A stretch of DNA of 43,565 nt, taken from assembly GCA_036479435.1 (NCBI GenBank), contig JAZGFI010000267.1, forward strand, positions 1 through 43,565. Reading direction: 5' to 3'. Made by a program: the position numbers and the translations under genes. Within the stretch, counting starts at the first letter, position 1; the number at the start of each line of letters is the position of its first letter. Source of the stretch: Planctomycetota bacterium (GTDB taxonomy: Bacteria; Planctomycetota; GCA-002687715; DRQF01). Below the pieces are notes generated by a model that saw only the letters and a program-made list of their open reading frames with translations, did not search any database and was not told the DNA's origin. Below, one piece after another: positions 8,931 through 16,686 of this stretch.

Positions 8931-10292
8931 CTAGTAGCGACTCGGAGGGTTGCGAAACAGCATCATTTCGTTAACGAATTTCAGCTCGACCGTGCCGGTT
9001 GACCCGTTGCGGTGCTTGGCGATGATCAACTCCAGCTCGCGCCCATCACTGGGGGCGAACTCAGCTCCATCTGATTTTTGATAATTCGCGTCGTGAAGAA
9101 ACATGATGATGTCGGCGTCCTGCTCGATAGCCCCAGATTCGCGCAGGTCCGACATGCGTGGCTTCCGCTCTTCTTTTTCCGAAGCGCGATTGATTTGAGA
9201 CAGAGCGATGATCGGAACTTTCAATTCACGGGCCAGCAGTTTCAATGACCGCGAGATGGTTGAGATTTGCTGCTGGCGGTTTTCCGCGCCCGGGGCTTCC
9301 ATCAGCTGCAAGTAGTCGATGAAGATCGCGTCGATCTTAGAACGGCGTTTTAGGCGCCGCGCCTTGCCGCGCAGCGCGGTTGGCGACAAACCCGGCGTAT
9401 CATCGATGAAAATCTTGCGATCATTGAGGCGCCCCGCCCCGTCTAGGAGCTGTGCCCACTCGGTCTCACTGATATTCCCTTTGCGGACGTGTGAGGCCCG
9501 GACCTCCGATTGAGCGCAGAGCATGTTGGCGGCGATTTGTTCTTTTGCCATTTCGAGGCTGAAAAAGGCCACTGCTTTGTCGTGGCGCACCGCCATGTTC
9601 ATCGCGCAGTTGATGGCAAAAGTAGTCTTACCGACCGAAGGTCGCGCGGCGAGGATAATCAGATCGCCGGGTTGCAGACCGTTGGTCAAGTTGTCGAGTT
9701 GATGAAAGTCCGTGCCGCAGCCGGTCATCTTACCCTTGTTACGGCTGTACTCCTCGATCATCTGGACCGTGCTCAGCAGCACTTGCTTCATCTCGGCGGG
9801 TTCGTTTCCGCCCCGGTTCTCCGCAATTCTAAACACCTCTGACTCGACGTACTCAACGAGGTCTTTCGCCTCGCCTTGGGCCCCGTAGGCGTCTTCGATG
9901 ACTTTGTTGGCGATCGCGATGAGCCGACGTTTCTGAGACCGGTCACGGACGATCTCGGCGTAATCCGCGACGTTGGCCGCACTGGGCACCGACTCCATGA
10001 TCGCGACCAAGGCCTCGACGCCTCCCATGCCCTCCAGCCGTCCATCGGCCTCCAAGCGGTCCTTCACTACCACGGCGTCGACCGCGCGATTTTCCTCGTA
10101 AAGGGCCAACACCACTTCGTAGATGCACCGGTTATCGAGGTCGTAGACATCTTCGGGGCGGATGATTTCCGACACGATGCCCACAGCGTCGTTGTCGATC
10201 AGAATAGCTCCCAGAACGCAGCGCTCGGCCTCCAGGTTTTGCGGCGGCTTGCGGGAAAGGATTTCGGTAACTGCGGTGGAAGTGGTGGTCAT
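8931..10292 (-). CDS. dnaB: Replicative DNA helicase (no intein)
   Basis: PPQNLEAE, LAARPSVGKT, FSLEM, IDYLQLM, SDLRESGAIEQDAD and IIAKHRNG motifs. Confidence 0.98.
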   Translation of the reverse strand: MTTTSTAVTEILSRKPPQNLEAERCVLGAILIDNDAVGIVSEIIRPEDVYDLDNRCIYEVVLALYEENRAVDAVVVKDRLEADGRLEGMGGVEALVAIMESVPSAANVADYAEIVRDRSQKRRLIAIANKVIEDAYGAQGEAKDLVEYVESEVFRIAENRGGNEPAEMKQVLLSTVQMIEEYSRNKGKMTGCGTDFHQLDNLTNGLQPGDLIILAARPSVGKTTFAINCAMNMAVRHDKAVAFFSLEMAKEQIAANMLCAQSEVRASHVRKGNISETEWAQLLDGAGRLNDRKIFIDDTPGLSPTALRGKARRLKRRSKIDAIFIDYLQLMEAPGAENRQQQISTISRSLKLLARELKVPIIALSQINRASEKEERKPRMSDLRESGAIEQDADIIMFLHDANYQKSDGAEFAPSDGRELELIIAKHRNGSTGTVELKFVNEMMLFRNPPSRY

Positions 10293-10527
10293 GAGAAAAT
10301 TCTCTGCATGGGGCCCGGCATGGATGCGGCGGGGAAAATATCATGCGCCTCGTGGACTAGCGAGGGCTGTGGATTGTTTCTTCGGCGAGGAAAAACTCTT
10401 AGCCTCTCAAGCTCAAGTCCCCACTGACTTTCGAACTTCTGAGGATTCCCTAAAAACTAAGTCCTCCACAATCTTTCAGTTTGGCAATTGCGGGGGACCG
10501 GCGAGAGCAGAGTTGAGTCGAAACAAC

Positions 10528-10561
10528 AAAAACCGGCCCAAAGGTTTCCCTTCGGGCCGGT
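10528..10561 (-). terminator. Intrinsic terminator after rplI
   Basis: Minus strand ACCGGCCCGAAGG-GAAA-CCTTTGGGCCGGT followed by a T run. Confidence 0.85.
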
Positions 10562-10594
10562 CTCAAATTCAAAATCTAAGGCTACGAGGCGAGC

Positions 10595-11176
10595 TTAGCC
10601 CTCTTCGGGAGCCTTCGCCTTTTCACCTTCATCACCTTCGGCTTCAGCGGCCTCTTCAGCGGCAGCCGCCGCTTCGGCCTCCGCCGCCGCTTCGGCGCGG
10701 GCGATGCGCTCTTCGCGCTGGTCTTCGGTTTCTTCAGCGACAACCTTCAGGCCAAACTCGGTCTCGACTTCGGAGTGCAAGCGCACCGAACCGACATAGT
10801 CACCAACCCGCTTGAAGTGGCTGCCGAGGATGACCTGCTTCGCGTTGAAGTCGCGTCCCAACTTTTTGGTCAGCGCTTCCGCCACAATCGCCTCGGTTAT
10901 CGATCCAAAAAGCTGCCCGGCCTCGTTCGCCTTCATGGTGATTTCGAGAACCAGTTCTTTGAGATCATCGGCGTGCGTTTGGGCCGCCGAGATGTGGTCT
11001 TTTTCCGTTACCAGGTAGCGCTCGCGTTCCCGTCGCAGGACCCCAATCATGTCCGCAGTCGGAAACGAAGCCTTGCCCTGCGGCAACAAGTAATTGCGAC
11101 CGTAGCCGTTTTTGACATTGACGACGTCCCCGGTGTTACCCAGGCCGCGAATGTTCTCTTTCAGAACAAGTTTCAT
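10595..11176 (-). CDS. rplI: 50S ribosomal protein L9 with acidic tail
   Basis: LG..GDVVNVKNGYGRNYLLPQGKA and GQLFGSIT motifs. Start is the ATG at 11176 (MKLVL). Confidence 0.97.
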   Translation of the reverse strand: MKLVLKENIRGLGNTGDVVNVKNGYGRNYLLPQGKASFPTADMIGVLRRERERYLVTEKDHISAAQTHADDLKELVLEITMKANEAGQLFGSITEAIVAEALTKKLGRDFNAKQVILGSHFKRVGDYVGSVRLHSEVETEFGLKVVAEETEDQREERIARAEAAAEAEAAAAAEEAAEAEGDEGEKAKAPEEG

Positions 11177-11198
11177 GGTCTCTATTTCCGCTTTCCAA

Positions 11199-11483
11199 TC
11201 AGCCCACGTAGGGCAGGAGGCCCATGTAGCGCGCACGTTTAACGGCAATCTTGACGAGTTTCTGGCACTTGGCGCAGTAACCCGAACGCTTCCGCGAAAA
11301 GACTTTGCCCTGTGGCGTCACGACCTTTTGCAAGGGCTCGAGGAACTTGTAGTCGACGAGTTTGCACTTCTCGAGGTCTTTGTTGGTCAGGTCTTCGTGA
11401 CCCTTGCAACAACCACGAGTGCGCTTTTCCGTGAACTTGCGAAACTTGTTCTTGCGCTTGCGTATTTGCGCGGCGGTGGACAT
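11199..11483 (-). CDS. rpsR: 30S ribosomal protein S18 (Cys-rich)
   Basis: VDYK, QGKVFSRKRSG and AVKRARYMGLLPYV; lies between rpsF and rplI. Confidence 0.95.
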   Translation of the reverse strand: MSTAAQIRKRKNKFRKFTEKRTRGCCKGHEDLTNKDLEKCKLVDYKFLEPLQKVVTPQGKVFSRKRSGYCAKCQKLVKIAVKRARYMGLLPYVG

Positions 11484-11590
11484 AGCGAATCCTCAAACTG
11501 GGCTGGGTCCCCCCTGGGGAGACCACAAAATTCCGGTGGCCGTCTGACATCCAAGCCAGTCGGCGGCGGCTCTTTCGAGCGCGCCTAATA

Positions 11591-12214
11591 CTATTCGCTA
11601 CTGTCGTCGGAACCCTTAGGTTCCGCTTCGACGGCAGGCGTTGAAGTCTTGGTCTCGGCTGCGGGAGCGGCCGCTTCTGCCACCGCTTCGGCGGGTGCGG
11701 CTTCAGCATCAGCGGCTTCAGCCACGGCCTTGGGCGCGGCTTCAGCATCAGTGGCTTTAGGGGTGGCAGGGGCCTTGGCGGCCGCAGCTTTCTCGGCGCT
11801 CGCGGCATCAGAGCTGCTGTCGCTACGCGGAGTCTCCGGGCGGCTGACCCGACGACTGCGGTCGCGGTAGTCATGCGATCCGTGGACCGCTTCCAACTCT
11901 TGAGCCGACTGAAACTCGGGGAACTCTTCTTTGACGAAACGCGTCAACAATTGGCGCGCAACGACTTCACTGAGCCCAAAGTCCCGGTTGATTTCCGGCA
12001 GCGAGGCCACCGGAATCTCGAGATGCGTCAGCAGATAAACGCCACGCTTTTGGCGGTTGATTTCGTAGGCGAGGCGACGCTCGTCCCACTTACCGATCTT
12101 GACGACCTTACCACCGTGCTTCTCGATGATTTGGGTGACTTCATCGATACCCTTTTGGGTGTCGTTTTTCACCTTGCCGTGATCGAGAAGGAACATTCCT
12201 TCGTACTTATTCAA
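11591..12214 (-). CDS. rpsF: 30S ribosomal protein S6 with ~100-aa low-complexity tail
   Basis: YEGMFLL and WDERRLAYEI..QKRGVYLL motifs. TTG start at 12214 after GAGGAG, overlapping the pth stop. Confidence 0.95.
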   Translation of the reverse strand: MNKYEGMFLLDHGKVKNDTQKGIDEVTQIIEKHGGKVVKIGKWDERRLAYEINRQKRGVYLLTHLEIPVASLPEINRDFGLSEVVARQLLTRFVKEEFPEFQSAQELEAVHGSHDYRDRSRRVSRPETPRSDSSSDAASAEKAAAAKAPATPKATDAEAAPKAVAEAADAEAAPAEAVAEAAAPAAETKTSTPAVEAEPKGSDDSSE

Positions 12215-12902
12215 AGTCTGAACTCCTCGAGCTGCCGTTCGCCTCTGCATCACTCGCAGCAGGTGTCCGATTGCAGGTCGTCATCAATTCCGTCAAGGAC
12301 GCGCCCTCGCAGTAGCGGGACAAGATCTCAACGGCGCGGTCCAATGCCGCAGTCCTTTGTTCTTCTTCCTCGGGGCTAAACTTCCCGAGAACGTGTTCCA
12401 CCAGATCGCCGGGGGCCGAAGCGCCGACGCCGATCCGAAGCCGCGGATAGGACGACGTGCCCATCACCGCGTTCAGGCTCTTCAGGCCGTTGTGGCCTCC
12501 GTCCGAGCCTTTGGCCTTGAGCCGCAAGCGACCTAGGTCCAAGTTTACGTCGTCAACGACCACCAACAAGCGCTGGGAGACGGATTCGACCACTTCCCGG
12601 TAGTCGTCATCGACCGCCGGAACACCGCCCGGAGGCAGCGTCGTTTCAACTTCCCCCGCTAGCGGGGTTGTCTTGGTTTCGTTCAAGATCTCCGCCAAGG
12701 CGGCTCCCGAACGATTGACATAGGTCAGGGGCTTGACCAGCACGGTCTTGCCTTCAACCTCAGCTTCGAGCCGAAGACTCGAGGCTTTCCTAAACGCTAC
12801 CCCCCGATCCGCCGCAAGGCGATCCAGGGCATCGAATCCGATGTTGTGGCGAGTGTCGGCGTAGGCCGCTCCGGGATTTCCGATCCCAAAGAGAACCCGC
12901 AT
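12207..12902 (-). CDS. pth: Peptidyl-tRNA hydrolase
   Basis: GIGNPG, TRHNIGF, KPLTYVN.SG, GSDGGHNGLKS, RLRIGVG and HVLGKF motifs. Confidence 0.96.
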   Translation of the reverse strand: MRVLFGIGNPGAAYADTRHNIGFDALDRLAADRGVAFRKASSLRLEAEVEGKTVLVKPLTYVNRSGAALAEILNETKTTPLAGEVETTLPPGGVPAVDDDYREVVESVSQRLLVVVDDVNLDLGRLRLKAKGSDGGHNGLKSLNAVMGTSSYPRLRIGVGASAPGDLVEHVLGKFSPEEEEQRTAALDRAVEILSRYCEGASLTELMTTCNRTPAASDAEANGSSRSSDFE

Positions 12903-12908
12903 TCTGAC

Positions 12909-13547
12909 CTACTCTTCGCCTTCCGGCTCTTTGGCCTTGCCGATGACTTCGGGCTCAACGCTGCCCCCTTCACCTTCTTCGTCGGCGGGAACTTCTTCCT
13001 TTTCGTGGCGGATATGGTTGATAACCACGACCGCGTCGGCCTCAGCCCCAAAAATCTTGCCTCCCGCGGGAAGCTCAATGTCGCCCAAGGTCAGCTTCGC
13101 GTCGACCGCGAGACTTCCGAGGTTGATGACGAATTCATGGGGAATCTCGAGCGGCAAGATTTCCAAGGGGATCGAATCCATCATCTTCTCGACGATACTT
13201 CCGGCCACCGCGGGTGCGGTTCCGATGTAGCGGATAACCACATTCGTGTGAACCGGCGTGTCGCGGTCAACCCGAATCAAATCCGCGTGAAGAATCGTGC
13301 TGCCGATGGCGTCAAATTGAAGGTCGGTGACCAACGCGGCCTGAACTTCTCCGCTCAGCGTCAGCTCAACGACATGCTGACCCTGGTCCATCAAGCGCGT
13401 CATCTGGTGAGCATTGACGGCCAAAGCCCGCACACTGCGGCCCAAGCCGTAGAGGTTGACAGGCAACTTGCCTTGTTTGCGGAGACCACGGCTGGCGTTG
13501 GTTCCGGTCTTCGTTCGTTCTTCGACTTCGATCTTGACGCTCTTCAT
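12909..13547 (-). CDS. rplY: 50S ribosomal protein L25/Ctc
   Basis: R..LRKQGKLPVNLYG, Q.D.I...ILHADL, Ctc C-terminal domain and EPEVIGK tail. Start is the ATG at 13547. Confidence 0.94.
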   Translation of the reverse strand: MKSVKIEVEERTKTGTNASRGLRKQGKLPVNLYGLGRSVRALAVNAHQMTRLMDQGQHVVELTLSGEVQAALVTDLQFDAIGSTILHADLIRVDRDTPVHTNVVIRYIGTAPAVAGSIVEKMMDSIPLEILPLEIPHEFVINLGSLAVDAKLTLGDIELPAGGKIFGAEADAVVVINHIRHEKEEVPADEEGEGGSVEPEVIGKAKEPEGEE

Positions 13548-13635
13548 CGCTCTCGTTCTCATTCGAGGCTCGGCACTGGACGTCGCCCTCAAGGGTCAAC
13601 GTCACTTTGAAATCAAACGTTCAGGCTCCGTTGCC

Positions 13636-14973
13636 TTAGCTCGATTTCTTTCGGCGCACAGCCTTTGTCTTGGCTTTCTTTCCGGCCGTCTTCACGACCG
13701 GTGATTTCTTCGCTTTCGCGTTGGCGGTGGACACTGCGGGCACTCCCACGACCGTGTCGTGAGCGCTCACCTCGTGTCCTTTCGGAACGACAGCACCCGC
13801 CCCAACCGTCGCGTGTTCACCAACTTTTGCCGGCGCCACCAAAACCGAGCCGGAACCAATGAAGGCTCCGTCACCGATTTCCGTTCGATGGATACGCTTG
13901 CCATCGAAATTGGCGGTCACTGCGCCAGCTCCGACATTGACCCCGGCTCCGATATCAGCGTCGCCAATGAAAGCGAGATGCTTTGCCATCGAGTCGCGTC
14001 CAAGCCGGCTGTTCTTCACTTCAACGAAGCTGCCAACTTGTGCACCGTCTTCGATGACGGATCCGGGCCGCAGATGGGCGAAGGGCCCAATCCTGCAGCG
14101 GGCGCCGATGCTAACACCGCCCTGAATCACGGAAAAGGGCCACACAACGGTACCCGCACCGATCGTAACTCCTTTGCCCACAAAGGTTGACGACGGATCG
14201 ATAAATTCCACGCCACGCGATGCGTGTTCGAGCGCAATCCGCCTCCGAAGCGTCTCTTGGGCCGACAAGAGCTCGGTGCCGGTGTTGATGCCGAGGGCCT
14301 CAAAGGGGTCGGCGATCGACTCCGCGTGGACCCCTCTGCCCGCCGTCGCCAACATCTTGATGACGTCGGTCAGATAATACTCGCCGGAACCGCGGTGAAG
14401 CTTGAGTTTCCGAAGGCCCTCAAACAGGTCCGCGTTACGAAACAGGTAGATCCCGGAATTGATCTCGCGGATAGCCAATTCAGAAAAGTCGGCGTCGCGG
14501 GCTTCCACAATGCGCTCAACCCGGCCGCGGGCGTCGCGAACCACGCGGCCGAGGCTGCCGGGATGATCGAGACTAGCCGTGATGAGGCTCGCGGGAAGGC
14601 GCGATTTTTTGTGGTGTTGGAAAAACGACTTCAGCGTCGACCCGCGCATCAAGGGCACATCGCCAGACAGGATCATGACGTGCCCCTTGCGACCCGCGAA
14701 GTGCTTGTCGGCGCAGCGTACTGCGTGTCCGGTGCCTTTTTGATCGCGCTGAAGCACGAAGGTGAGGTCGTAGTTCGCAAGTTCGGACTTCACCTGCTGG
14801 CGTGCGTGCCCCACGATGACGCCGATTTCGCGCGGCGAAAGCTCCAAGGCCGCATCAATGACGTGGCGAATAAGAGGATCGCCCAAGAGCGGATGCAGGA
14901 CTTTGGGTATGTCGCTACCCATCCGGGAGCCACGACCGGCGGCGAGAATCAAAATGTCGAGATCTCGGGCCAC
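13636..14973 (-). CDS. glmU: Bifunctional UDP-GlcNAc pyrophosphorylase/glucosamine-1-P acetyltransferase
   Basis: ILAAGRGSRM..DIPKVLH, Q.GTGHAV, LSGDVPL, EINSGIY, EYYLTD, GPFAHLRP and HLAFIGDA motifs. GTG start at 14973. Confidence 0.95.
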   Translation of the reverse strand: MARDLDILILAAGRGSRMGSDIPKVLHPLLGDPLIRHVIDAALELSPREIGVIVGHARQQVKSELANYDLTFVLQRDQKGTGHAVRCADKHFAGRKGHVMILSGDVPLMRGSTLKSFFQHHKKSRLPASLITASLDHPGSLGRVVRDARGRVERIVEARDADFSELAIREINSGIYLFRNADLFEGLRKLKLHRGSGEYYLTDVIKMLATAGRGVHAESIADPFEALGINTGTELLSAQETLRRRIALEHASRGVEFIDPSSTFVGKGVTIGAGTVVWPFSVIQGGVSIGARCRIGPFAHLRPGSVIEDGAQVGSFVEVKNSRLGRDSMAKHLAFIGDADIGAGVNVGAGAVTANFDGKRIHRTEIGDGAFIGSGSVLVAPAKVGEHATVGAGAVVPKGHEVSAHDTVVGVPAVSTANAKAKKSPVVKTAGKKAKTKAVRRKKSS

Positions 14974-15113
14974 GTTTATCCCCCATTGACAACGGCGCAT
15001 TGTAGCCCGGCTCCCATCGCTTTCAACGCGCTAAGCTGGGCTCTGTGCTCACCTTGTGCCGCGTTTTGTCGGCATCGCAATACCGGTTGGCGGCAACGAT
15101 GCCGGTATGGCAC

Positions 15114-15144
15114 AAAAAAGAGCCCTGCGCCGCAGCGCAGGGCT
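15114..15144 (-). terminator. Intrinsic terminator after the tRNA-Gln pair
   Basis: 10-bp stem AGCCCTGCGC/GCGCAGGGCT with a 4-nt loop, then CTTTTTT on the minus strand. Confidence 0.85.
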
Positions 15145-15148
15145 AAAG

Positions 15149-15220
15149 TTACCCGACTAGGACTTGAACCTAGAATAAGAGAATCAGAATCTCCCGTGTT
15201 GCCAATTACACCATCGGGTA
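15149..15220 (-). tRNA. tRNA-Gln(CTG)
   Basis: TACCCGA/TCGGGTA acceptor stem, TGGTGTAATTGGCAACAC D arm, GGAGA-TTCTGAT-TCTCT anticodon arm and GGTTCAAGTCC T arm. CCA is not encoded. Confidence 0.96.
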
Positions 15221-15262
15221 GCGATCTATCTTGGCTCAGAGCCGGCACGAGACCAGCTGTAG

Positions 15263-15334
15263 TTACCCCGCCAGGACTTGAACCTGGAATGAGTGGATCA
15301 AAACCACTAGTGTTGCCAATTACACCACGGGGTA
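15263..15334 (-). tRNA. tRNA-Gln(TTG)
   Basis: TACCCCG/CGGGGTA acceptor stem, AGTGG-TTTTGAT-CCACT anticodon arm and GGTTCAAGTCC T arm. CCA is not encoded. Confidence 0.96.
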
Positions 15335-15444
15335 AAGCAGCAAATTCTGAGGTCCCCCAGTTCGGGAAACCCGCCGAATTCTCTTATCGGCTACCGGGCC
15401 CACGGCCCGCGCCGGGAACTTGGTAACTCCAGCTCCAAAAGCCA

Positions 15445-16686
15445 TCAAGCCTCCAAGTTTAGGAGCACCCTCCTCATCAGGTCAAAAGCATGGACGGCGA
15501 CGCGATCTTTGACCTGGGATCGGGTCCCTGGATGGACGCGACATTCGCCATAGACTCTTCCCATTGGATCAGCCACTGCCACCCAAGCCGTGCCCACGGC
15601 TTGGCCAGGTAAAGCTCCGCCGGGCCCGGCGATTCCCGTCGTGGCTAGCCCCCAATCGCAGGCCTGAGTTCGGCGCGCACCCTGTGCCATGGCTTCGGCC
15701 ACCGGCTGACTGACCACACCGTGTTCGGCAATCAAGGCCGCCGAAACCCCCAGAACCTGGGTTTTCGCACGATCGGCGTAGGTCACCAAGGCCGCGATCA
15801 AAAACTCTGAACTCCCCGGAATCTCCGTCAATTGGTGTCCGAGGAGGCCTCCGGTAAGAGACTCCGCTAGCGCGAGCGTCCAGCCGCGATCGCGGAGCGC
15901 TTTGGAAATGATTTCGACCTGAGAATGCCCCACCGCCGAGACCACCTTCTCCGCAAACCTGCTTTCGATCTCGGCAACATCCACGGCGATCTTGTCGGCG
16001 GCCCCGAGTCCACGAGCGCGCAAAGTAAGCCGCAAAAAACCTTCCTTGGCCGCAATGCCGATAAGTGGTTCTCGACCACGATCGAGCAAATCCCCCAGGA
16101 TCTCGGCGGTGGCGGACTCGGAAATCCCACTCACCATGACCTCGGCCTGCCACATCCGCCGCGCGGAATCGGCCAAGGGCTCGAAATAGCGCGGGGCCAT
16201 CTCCTGCAACTCGGCCGGAACCCCAGGGAAAGCGACCATTCGCCAATCCTCATGTTCGCATACGAAACCGGGCGCCAAACCTTTAGGGTTGGGAATCAGT
16301 GTCGCGCCTTGGGGCAAACTGGCCTCGGGAAAAACCTGTCCGGCGGGATCGCGATCGAGACTTTGCCAAAAGGCCTCAACTTGCCGATGCGCCTCATCGT
16401 CCACGGCCAAGTTCAGACCAAGCGCGGCAGCTGCGGCGGGCCGAGTCAGGTCATCGGCCGTACTGCCAAGCCCCCCGGTCATCACCAAAAGCTCCGTCTT
16501 CCCCATCGAATCTCTAATCAAGCTGACGAGCGCACAAAGATCGTCGCCCACACCGACGAAACGCGTCACTTCGATGCCACAGCGATTGAGGAGAGCGGCC
16601 AAGTAGGGTCCGTTGGCATCGATGAGATCACCGTGTAAAAGCTCATCGCCGGTAATCGCGATCCAGGCCCGGCGCAGATCAGCCAC
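15445..16686 (-). CDS. cinA: CinA family protein (molybdopterin-binding-like domain + PncC NMN deamidase)
   Basis: GDELLHG, TGGLG.T.DDLT, FPGVP.E, AESLTGG, GVVS..VAEAMA.GAR and TGIAGPGG motifs. The GTG overlaps the tatC stop. Confidence 0.93.
   Translation of the reverse strand: MADLRRAWIAITGDELLHGDLIDANGPYLAALLNRCGIEVTRFVGVGDDLCALVSLIRDSMGKTELLVMTGGLGSTADDLTRPAAAAALGLNLAVDDEAHRQVEAFWQSLDRDPAGQVFPEASLPQGATLIPNPKGLAPGFVCEHEDWRMVAFPGVPAELQEMAPRYFEPLADSARRMWQAEVMVSGISESATAEILGDLLDRGREPLIGIAAKEGFLRLTLRARGLGAADKIAVDVAEIESRFAEKVVSAVGHSQVEIISKALRDRGWTLALAESLTGGLLGHQLTEIPGSSEFLIAALVTYADRAKTQVLGVSAALIAEHGVVSQPVAEAMAQGARRTQACDWGLATTGIAGPGGALPGQAVGTAWVAVADPMGRVYGECRVHPGTRSQVKDRVAVHAFDLMRRVLLNLEA

Noticed and set aside
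8931..10292. Possible intein in dnaB
   Set aside because: The length (453 aa) and motif spacing are normal.
14224..15426. 400-aa + strand ORF opposite glmU and the tRNAs
   Set aside because: Shadow ORF that runs through two tRNA genes and shows no protein-like features.
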